This document shows, in pieces, positions 27,469 to 38,700 of a stretch of 64,000 nt of DNA; position 1 is the stretch's first letter; each line of letters opens with the position of its first letter. The notes beneath the pieces were generated by a model. That model searched no databases. It was not told where the DNA came from and was given only the letters and a program-made list of their open reading frames with translations. The translations under genes and the position numbers were made by a program. This DNA is from Owenia fusiformis (Eukaryota), in NCBI GenBank assembly GCA_903813345.2, contig CAIIXF020000001.1:44888001-44952000 (forward strand), given 5' to 3'.

Positions 27469-30400
27469 CGTGTTGGTGGCTTTCCGTACTCTTAAAGCAG
27501 AGGATCATCATCGTGTGTTAGTGATTTCCCGTACTATTAAAGCAAAGGACCATCATCTTACTGTGTTGGTGGTTCCCCGTACTATCAATTAGCAGAGGAC
27601 CATCATCATATGTGTTGGTAGACCCCCCCACAATTCTTATCTACTCTTTGAAGAGATCAATAATATCAATTTTTCATTCCCAAAGCCCAAATTGTTAATT
27701 TTAACGAACACTATTTCAAAATATACAAAATACCAGACACGCTTTTCACGTAACACAAAACAAATACATTCTAACACACAAGACTTGCTTTCCCTCGCTT
27801 AAATATTCTAGGGCCTCACATGATCAAATCTAATTGGTTGCCCTGAGAACGCTGGGAACATACAAAGATCTGACGCAAAACAAAAACAAAAAACGTTTTG
27901 TTTTTTTTCTACGTAGGAGATTAGTGCAAACACTTGCTTAGAGATTACACTTTATTGTGATAATCATCCTAGTAATATTGTTATTATCTTATAAGCTATC
28001 GTATTAAGTCACTATACTGGAGGTCTCTTTCCACGAGGGTTGATCAATAATTAATGTTCTCTCATAGTGGCATAGCAATAATTTACCCAGGCACCCCAGA
28101 AGTTCCAGTTAAGTGTTTTGATAACTTCATCACTTTGTCTGTCTAAATAGGAACATATTACTCTGAATATGTAAAAATTCGTTAAATTGGAAAGATGGAA
28201 ATATGTAAAAATACGCCTAGAGTAACTTAACAGTATTCCTTGGAATTTGGAACACTTGTAATTTACAATTTGGATTGTTTCTACACTTTCTATAGCTTTC
28301 TATAGCTGAAACTATAGCTGAATTCCTCACTGGTGAAGACTTTCAAGAGAATATGGTATATAAAAGAGTTTAATAACTTTTTTTATCACGTCATCCATAC
28401 TCAACCAAACACAATCATGCCAGTGAAGCATTTGATTAACGCAATCGATACTTTACATTGTGTGGTCACTGATACTGTCAGCTAGCCTAGTAAAATATTT
28501 CATCTCAAGTTTACTTTTATAGTATTTTTATGAGAGTTCATCAGCTGTTTACGCGATTGTTTTAAATCAATCCTACAATAGTATTGACAGGTTATTTATT
28601 CCAAATTGCGTTGTTATTGCGATTTTGAATATTTCATTAGTCTTTATTTATAGTTGAACACTGGTTTTGAGAATAAAACATAATAAAAAACACTAGTCAG
28701 GCCTGAAAACTCAGTGAGGGGGAATGTATACCCGTGGTACTTGTCTTGGTTTCGCCCTCGTTCGATTCCCGGTTTAGGCAAAATTCTTCATCGTAATTCT
28801 TACAACGATAGATAGTAAAGTTACTTACTTAATCCATTATGGTACTGAGTAAACAACAACAAAAAAACACAATAAACATATGCTAATGATCACAGCCGTG
28901 GGTTTCACATCTTGCCATTTAATCTAGAACTTTGTGCGAAACACTTTTTTGTTCAGAATTCTTGAATAGTTTAGATATGCGTATTGCGCATCATACTTGC
29001 ACGAATTACAGCTTATTTATTCAAATCAACCTTGTAGTAATACCAAGGAACTCATTTCTTCGATGTAGATGTCAGAACCAATTATTTTATCTTAAAAAGA
29101 TTTCCGATTTGCTTCATTTCAATATTTTAGGAAACAATATTGTGTATTGTGGAATCCACGGTCTCTTCTATTCCTCGGACTTTCACAAGCTTTAAATACA
29201 GCGAAAGGCTCTGATAAATCAGAATGTTAATATGGTGAAAGCAGGTCTTGTATTGAACCATTTTTTAAAATGGTGGTTGGTTTGGTCATGGGCTTTCAAG
29301 CCCATGGTTTGGTATGGTATTTGGTCGTGGTGTAGTTGACCTCACATCCTGAATGGGAATTGGAGGTTCAACATATTCGTTTTCTGTAAGTCCTTCGTTT
29401 CATAGTTGGATACGTTCAGCATAAAAACTTAGCCCGGAGCAAGACTCGAACACCAAACCACTGGTTGACAAATGACAGAGCAAAGGCTATAGTAAAGTTT
29501 CATCGTATTGATCTCATAATAACCACTTCGTCATTTTCTGAAACATGACATCATATGACACCGTGTACTACTAACACGATACTTTAAGATTATAAAAAAT
29601 GAGTATAAAGTTTTTCATATTTATGTGTCGGTGATTGACTATCTATCAGTATCAGTACGGTTGGCTGCGCTTCGTTGTTCACTGATAAGTCACTGTCGTG
29701 TATTTGATCTCTTTTCGGAAAAGCTACGCACACTAAAATTACTAGAGATACTCAATTCATTGTATTGGAGTCTTATCGATGAACAAATGCGTAACATTCA
29801 TATGTTTTTGCGTCATTGTACCATTACGGTTTGAACATTGATTAAATCAAATTACAATTGTTCTCGATATAGAACAGGTTTGCTTTATTGTACCTCTGAT
29901 AATACTCGAAGCATATCGCCGATTAAACACGGCAAACCTTCAACTGATATGGTTCAGCGATCCGAATGGTTATATCCCTGGTATTGCATATGCATTGCTA
30001 CACCTGTTACTGACCTGCAGGCACTATATCTCAGGGTATCTGGCATATCTTTCACTTCCCACAGGGATACTGAATTGAGTGCAGTGCATTGGTGTGTCCG
30101 GTACTGTATCAGGTGTGATGCCATCCCTAACCATCCATTTATTTGTTACTGGTAATTAAAGAGAGATATGTGCTCTATTTACCCTATATGGGCATAAAGC
30201 AGTAAGGCATGAGGAAGGCGAGTTAACTGCCTCGCCAAAATTTACCTGAAAAATATTAAATAACTAAGCAGAAGTGCCAAAGGGAAAGGACCAAACACTG
30301 CCAAAAGCCTAGCAAGAAAAGCAAACTCTAAGTGTAAACTTATCATAAGAAAAATAGTCTCTATATATCCCAAAAGCATGATCTAAAACGTGAAAAGGAA

Positions 30401-31389
30401 TAATGTCTAACAGCCCCTTCCCCCCTCCAATCGAGAGCCAATATCACAATCCAGGACCAGAACACCAAGGGATATTTTCCGATAAAACCGGAAGATAAAA
30501 ATGAAGTCTGATGAAAGTAACTGCACTATAACTGCACTGTGGGACGAGCGAGCCCCATGGACCCCCTCCTGCTGGAGCCACCAGTGTAAATGGAGGGACG
30601 TGGGGAATTTTCGCCTCATCTTATTAATTTTGCCTCACCTTATAATTATTTTAGATCATGGCTACGTCCAATTATCGTGAAGTCTTATCATAGTGCAATT
30701 TGTATTCTCTATCGCAAACCTAGCATTTTTAGTACAAGAGTATTCTGATTAGTTGCCAAACATATGAAGCGGGCTTTATTCTGTGGGAATTCACGGCGTA
30801 TTTGTATCAAAATTAACCTGTTCGCAGTTCGGCAGAATTACACTGAGGTGGATCTTGTTGTTGGTCATCATAACTTTGATCCGTTTATACTCCTCTTCAA
30901 TAAACTTTTATCATCTAACGCATTTCTTTCCACTTATGGGTTATCACAGTTATCATGAAGAAATAAAACAGATTTAACCAGTGGTTAAAAAACATTTAAA
31001 TCTGTAACCGCTTGAGCTTATCTCCAAGAGACAAGGTGCTTTTACATCAGTTCATTAGTGCGATCACTGATTATATCTTAACACATAAGAGGATTTAGTA
31101 GGTGTCTATGTAAACAAAACAAAAAGTTGAACGGCATATTTCTTCGAAACTGTCAGAATTCACAATTTATAGACCACTCGGTGTTATCTCAGAAACATAC
31201 GTATCGTGGTCAATCGGTTTTTGGTATTCTTTTGGTGACTCATTTTTTTCTTGAAAAACTCGATTTAAACCTACTTATAATCATTCTGATACTCATAGCA
31301 TCTTTCTGTTTCACCTCTCAGGGCTGAGAAGAAATGAGATGTCATGGTATATCATGATGACTTATAATAGTCAAGTTGCAGAAAATGTT

Positions 31390-31582
31390 ACGCGGAATAT
31401 GGCATATATTCATGGTTGTACGGTATTTGTGATACGGGTGAATATGCCATACTAACCTGCGGTATATGGCATATTTCGCAGGTGAGTATGGCATATTCCG
31501 CAGTGAATATGCGATACATTGATTTCAGTGAATATCCAATACTCACCGCAGAATATGTCATACTCAACTGCAGAATATGCCG
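31390..31582 (+). repeat. Degenerate tandem repeat (GCGGAATATGGCATAT-like units)
   Basis: Directly visible repeated GAATATG(G/C)CATA units. Confidence 0.65.
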
Positions 31583-32756
31583 CACGTGAAAACGATACAG
31601 AAAGTCTCGATTTGATTGGTCGAGAGAATCGATTCTAAATGTAAAACTACTCTGGATTACCAATATAGTTAGCGCTTCTAATACGCTTATAACATATATC
31701 GTGATTGTCAATACAAAAACTTATCAGTTCTTGGTCAGTTCTTATACCACCAAATTCGCCCCGAATTACGCTTTCTTCCATTTTAAAACAGGTACTATTC
31801 CATTTTTCTAAAATAAGATGCATAGTGCATCTGAACACAAATGACATTTTGTTTTGAACTGCATCATATGAATAAGTTACATATAAGTTCTAAATCGACA
31901 CAATGCCATTTAAAACATGTATGAGTATGAGTGATCCTGAATATGTATCTTATATCTAAAGTGAGAGATTGGAATGTTAACCTCAACCCCACGCAATCTT
32001 GTAATTTCAATTACACGTATTTGAGGTGGCTAGAAGTTAATTCATTCTTAATAAAAATGATTTATAATGTTTGCTTGCTGATGAAATAATTGGTGTTACG
32101 TTATAGCTTCGTATGTTATATCATTTACTATGATATAAGGCTATTTATACGATGACAATATCCCTTATGTCAATGACCACTATTCGAAGAAGCGATCCTT
32201 TAATGAAAATTTGTTTACCCATGTTTTACAACTTGATATTAAATGGAACTGAGGCGAAAGTGCGTCAGCTTTTGGCATTTCTTCCCATTCATTTACGACA
32301 AATGTATCGCTATTCGCTACACAATTTATGATTGATCACATTGATACCAAATAAATTTTGCAATCGATGTATTTTTCAACTGGGCCATTAGTTATATTCA
32401 GAGTCACAATCTGAAGGGTTACCACAACAAACACTTCAGATATGTTGACAAGCTCATACAAGTATGCGACGATGGCGTTTTACTTTATTCCAGTTGGAAA
32501 TAATTGATATAATCAAGTATATGAAGAATAATCAGATTTTGTTTTATCACAGCTACCCTAACACTGCTAGGCTATTTGGCTCTCCGTTCAACTGCTGCCA
32601 TTAATTGAAAGTGGCCGCCTCAGTATTTAGGATTTAAGGACTATTTTACGTACGCTTATCTTTGCTTATATTATAATTTCCAGAGTGCTTGATTCCTCAT
32701 CACTATGTTGGTTTCCCAATTGATAATGCCTAATATGGTCTAATATGTTTTTTCAG

Positions 32757-35700
32757 AGAGTGAAGAATCTTGGGGTGACCTACTACATACATTCACACAG
32801 AACTCAACCTTTCATGGCATTCGCTACATCACAGAAACATCTCCATACATTCTCAGAAAGTACGTATTTTAACTATTTTTAATATGTATATTCTTCATTA
32901 ACTCAAAGCGACATTTATTACATACTATGGATGTTAGATAATTATGATGACATTTTCTAGTTAGTCGCTTGCGTTCCGTACGATAGTCTTATCTTTGTAA
33001 TAAAAATGGTAAATGTTTCTCATCATATAGTTTTATGTAGTAGTAAAATCAGACGTATAGGCCTATTGAATATATTTTAATTCCCAATAGAAATAAACTC
33101 TGCAAATCTCGTTTATATGCGGGGATATCTAAATAAAACACGAAGCTCACTTCTTGTTTTGATGTTAAACCTCCCTGTGATCTAAGAGATCATCAACATA
33201 AATATTCCATCTATCTTACTCAGGAATATTTTAATTAAGGACGTGATTGTCAAACAATAGAATTGATAGACAGGACGAATGTTGTATTGAGGTTGGTGTT
33301 CTCTACTTATTGCTGAATTGCTACTCTGACTGAATAGTATATTATATACAAAAACATTGAGGATTCAGGGTGTACATGTATCTCATTCCCATCATATCTC
33401 GTTTCTTAAGATGGACTCATTACAGGCGTTACGATGAGTATCAGAATGACATTCGTTTATTTTATGCTAGCGAGAGCGACTTTCTTGGACCAAAATAGTG
33501 GTATAAAGGTGGCCAACATTAATAAGCTAAAAGGTATAAAGAAAGTGTGGTGTTGGTTTATTATACCTCATAACATTATAGTCTCAAGGTATTTTAGAAT
33601 AACCTTTCTACACAAATCCGTTGCTATGAATAAAAGGTTGAAGGATCCTAAAAGAGCTGGTACATTAGAGGCTCTAAAATAAGGTACATGTATGATACGT
33701 AATTGCAAGACTCTCCTCTTTCAATTTGGTCATTCAAACCAAGATGAAAAAAGCCCATCAATTGCCAGTAATCACACCTATCGGTTGAACTTCAGCAAAT
33801 GAAAGACATGTCTAATTATGTAGTATTCACATGCTTTTATTAGATTATTTTCGTATGTAAATACAAATGACGTGGAGTCTGATCGCAATGCCGGATTAAG
33901 ATTTGAGCATTCTAAGTAACATGGATATCCTGTAATGAGTTCTATGGAACCGGAAGGTTTTATTACGTAAATCAATCTAGATACTAACAGAGGTAGTCGT
34001 TGCGATACTATAACTTGCTGAATCCGTGCTAGTGTTATCCATATCATCTATATCAGAGTCGTGGAGAATTGAATTAGAAGTCACTTAAATCATCTAGCAA
34101 TTATGTCTGTAGTTAGACGCATCGCTTTTCATTCGATCCGCTACGTACACTTAACGTGATCCTCTTAGAGTGTTCCCAATCATTTATAATTAAATAAGTA
34201 TCAACAATAAACTAATCAAGGCAAATATAAGCTTCAGTAACCACCTCGTTTCATTTTATTTGCCGACACAATCTAGCTCTTAGTTTCTGAATTGATCTCT
34301 TTCAACGCTACTTATTAATCTGGCGTATCTAAGTAGAACGTACAAAAGAAAATTGACGGTAAAATTAGTTTTTTTGTTTTCGCTATTCATTTAAATTATA
34401 ATACGGTCAGCGTTGATTTATACCATGAAAGCATGCTTACTACATTTGTACATTTGGACCAAATATTTCTAGATGCAAAATGAACAGCACAATGCACAGT
34501 TCGTACCCTCCTTTCCAAATGTATGGTAATGGATGGTACATAGCATGCATAAATTAACACTAGGTATCTAAGGAAGAATCAAAACTCACCATTTCAATTT
34601 CAGGATTTAGCTATTGAATTTATTTTTTGTGATGTAATTTTCTGAAATCTCCAAATTCACATCTTGACAAAAATACTTGTAGCATTTTTTAAAGTTCAAC
34701 TCAGTTTTGTATTCAATAAATAAATACGACAGATACGCGCATTAGTAGTGAAGAGTGAACATTTATATAACAATGACATAGTGACATAGTATGATATAGT
34801 GACATAGCAACCATGACATAGTTACGCATGGTCTGATTGGTTAAATTTCCCGCTGCAATCTGATTGGTAAAATGATGTCACGTGACTCCAGCCCGTTAAT
34901 GATTAATTAGTGATAACCCGTTGCTGAGCAATTTTATAAGGCTTATATAATACTCATCAGTACAAATACAAAGTTTACATTGTAGTATTTACTTAAACAA
35001 CAAATCTATTATTTCACGATCACCTGATAAGATATTCATATACTGGACGTTTGTAAGGATACTATATTTACACCTTTAAAGAACAGGCTTAACTACAGGA
35101 GATATTTTAAAAAGATTATGGAAATTTTTCATTTGAAACCTCAAGATGTCAGTAAAGTCGGGGGGACCATAGTAAAACCATTAGAAACTGGCCTTCCAAG
35201 AATGTTAAAGTTAGCCGTAGGACCGCATCGTCAACAAACAATTCTCTTCCCAACAGTTGACCATGTATTTATGAAAACGTACGATGTGCTTGATGTACAG
35301 TCGAAACATGATGGATCACTACAAGTACCATTTGAACCGCAATCATCCGATCCATGTGCTGGAAGGATAACAAGACAGGAATTTGACTATTTCATAGAAT
35401 GCTGTCAAGAGAACTGTTGTATATTTTCAAAGGACAACAGAAATTCTTCAAAATATGAACAACAAGCCCTATATACATATGGTTTAGACCACTGGCAACA
35501 CTTAGGCAGAGGATATGAATTTACGATTTCCAGCAACTACAAAACGTTAGAAATCGTGTCAAATAGGTTCAATGAAGAGAAGGAGATTTACGAAGTAAAC
35601 TGGAGTCTGTGTTTAACATTTCAACAAATACACGACTTATTAGATAATATATGGCTCATCATGGAGCCTTTGACACTGGCCGAGAAAAACTGCCTAGCTA

Positions 35701-38700
35701 CTTTACATGACGATCATCTGAATCAAATGGGCACATGGTCATGCAACGTTTGCCAATTCATGAACCGCAGGACAGTTTTTGATAAAGCACTTAATGACCA
35801 ATAACACTATGCTTGCTGTCATTTTTTGTATCAGACAATAGACATGTTTATTAGAATATTATTTGAATAAACATACATATGTAGTAACGACAATTGCAAT
35901 CATCTCCGTTTAAATTCCTAAATCAAACCTTTACACCATGACACCAATAGTAATACCAATACTTGAATTTCCCGCTGCAATCTGACTGGTCAAATGATGT
36001 CACGTGACTCCAGACATTTACCTACATTTTAACTCAAGATTCTTAACAGTTAGTTAACCATATCGAGTAAATGACTTAGTCAAATGAGTAACTTAATTGT
36101 GTAAATGAGCTACCCAATTGAATAATGAACAAACTCAATTGAGTGAATGGATACCTCAGTTGAGTAAATTTGTAACTCAATTAAGCAAATGAGTTAATCT
36201 ATTGAGTATATAAGTCACTCAAATTAGTAAATGGGTAACTAAATTGAAAAATCGATCAAATGAGTAACACAATAATGTAAATGAGTAACTCAATAGAGTC
36301 AATGAGTAAGACAATTAAGTAAATGAGTAACTCCACTGAGTAAATGAGTAACTCAGTAGAGTAAACGAGTAACTCAATTAAGTAAACGAGTAACTCAATT
36401 GAGTATATAAGAAACTCAGTTGAGTAAATGAGTAACTCAATTGAGTAAATGAGCAACTTAATTGATGTATTGAGTTACTCAATTAAATGAGTCCATTAGT
36501 GACTCAAATAAAAATAAATTGCTTTATGGAATGAGTAGATGGCTAACTGGGATGAGTTAATGAGTAACTCAAATGAGTAATTGAGTGCTGGATTATCAAA
36601 TTTGGCTGATGCATTTATTCAATCGAGTGACTCATTTACACAATCGAGTTACTCATTACTCAATCTAGTGACTCATTTACTCAATCAAGTTACTCAATTT
36701 ACTCATCCGAGCAATTCAATTACTCATTCTCTCAATTTTACTCACCAATGACTCAATTATTCAAATGAGTTACCGATTTACTCATTAGAGTTACTCATTT
36801 ACTCAATTGAGTTACTCATTTTACTCATTCGAGTAAAAATTATAATGGATAACTGGGCTAGAGGATTAACTCAATTGAGTAAATGAGTAACTCAATTGAG
36901 TGAATGAGTAACTCTAATGAGTAAATTGGTAACTCATTTGAATAAATGAGTCATTGGCGAGTGAAATTTAGTGAATGAGTAATTGACTTACTCGAATGGG
37001 TCAATTAAGTAACTCAATTGAGTAAATGAGTAACTCGATTGAATAAATGAGTAACTCATTTGAATAAATGCGCCATTGGTGAGTAAATTGAGTGAATGAG
37101 TAATTGACCATCTTGCTAATGTCATAGTCATCTAATGTCATCTTAATGCATTTTAAATATCTTATTAGTTTAGTGAACATTTGTATCATATGGGAGCAAA
37201 CAGTTTTTGGGCAAGGGGGGGGGGCCCAAATTATTTGTCTTTTTTTCCGCACAAGCGCGGAAAAAAATTTGGGCCCCCCCCCTTGCCCAAAAACTGTTTG
37301 CTCCCATATGATACAAATGTTCACTAAACTAATAAGATATTTAAAATGCATTAAGATGACATTAGATGACTATGACATTAGCAAGATGGTCAATTACTCA
37401 TTCACTCAATTTACTCACCAATGGCGCATTTATTCAAATGAGTTACTCATTTATTCAATCGAGTTACTCATTTACTCAATTGAGTTACTTAATTGACCCA
37501 TTCGAGTAAGTCAATTACTCATTCACTAAATTTCACTCGCCAATGACTCATTTATTCAAATGAGTTACCAATTTACTCATTAGAGTTACTCATTCACTCA
37601 ATTGAGTTACTCATTTACTCAATTGAGTTAATCCTCTAGCCCAGTTATCCATTATAATTTTTACTCGAATGAGTAAAATGAGTAACTCAATTGAGTAAAT
37701 GAGTAACTCTAATGAGTAAATCGGTAACTCATTTGAATAATTGAGTCATTGGTGAGTAAAATTGAGAGAATGAGTAATTGAATTGCTCGGATGAGTAAAT
37801 TGAGTAACTTGATTGAGTAAATGAGTCACTAGATTGAGTAATGAGTAACTCGATTGTGTAAATGAGTCACTCGATTGAATAAATGCATCAGCCAAATTTG
37901 ATAATCCAGCACTCAATTACTCATTTGAGTTACTCATTAACTCATCCCAGTTAGCCATTTACTCATTCCATAAAGCAATTTATTTTTATTTGAGTCACTA
38001 ATGGACTCATTTAATTGAGTAACTCAATACATCAATTAAGTTGCTCATTTACTCAATTGAGTTACTCATTTACTCAACTGAGTTTCTTATATACTCAATT
38101 GAGTTACTCGTTTACTTAATTGAGTTACTCGTTTACTCTACTGAGTTACTCATTTACTCAGTGGAGTTACTCATTTACTTAATTGTCTTACTCATTGACT
38201 CTATTGAGTTACTCATTTACATTATTGTGTTACTCATTTGATCGATTTTTCAATTTAGTTACCCATTTACTAATTTGAGTGACTTATATACTCAATAGAT
38301 TAACTCATTTGCTTAATTGAGTTACAAATTTACTCAACTGAGGTATCCATTCACTCAATTGAGTTTGTTCATTATTCAATTGGGTAGCTCATTTACACAA
38401 TTAAGTTACTCATTTGACTAAGTCATTTACTCGATATGGTTAACTAACTGTTAAGAATCTTGAGTTAAAATGTAGGTAAATGTCTGGAGTCACGTGACAT
38501 CATTTGACCAGTCAGATTGCAGCGGGAAATTCAAGTATTGGTATTACTATTGGTGTCATGGTGTAAAGGTTTGATTTAGGAATTTAAACGGAGATGATTG
38601 CAATTGTCGTTATTACATATGTATGTTTATTCAAATAATATTCTAATAAACATGTCTATTGTCTGATACAAAAAATGACAGCAAGCATAGTGTTATTGGT

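Noticed and set aside
26556..27592. Cluster of 70-140 aa ORFs
   Set aside because: They lie within nested MITE/minisatellite sequence and show no transposase or other motif.
28750..29470. tRNA-like B-box motifs (GTTCGATTCC at ~28760; GTTCGAGTC on the minus strand at ~29441-29449)
   Set aside because: No complete cloverleaf could be built; they are at most degenerate tRNA-derived SINE fragments.
36256..38241. ORFs of 66 and 116 aa (LLIYSIE repeats; MHFKYLIS...) inside the palindrome
   Set aside because: They are translations of the 21-bp repeat and of the hairpin axis, with no coding signature.
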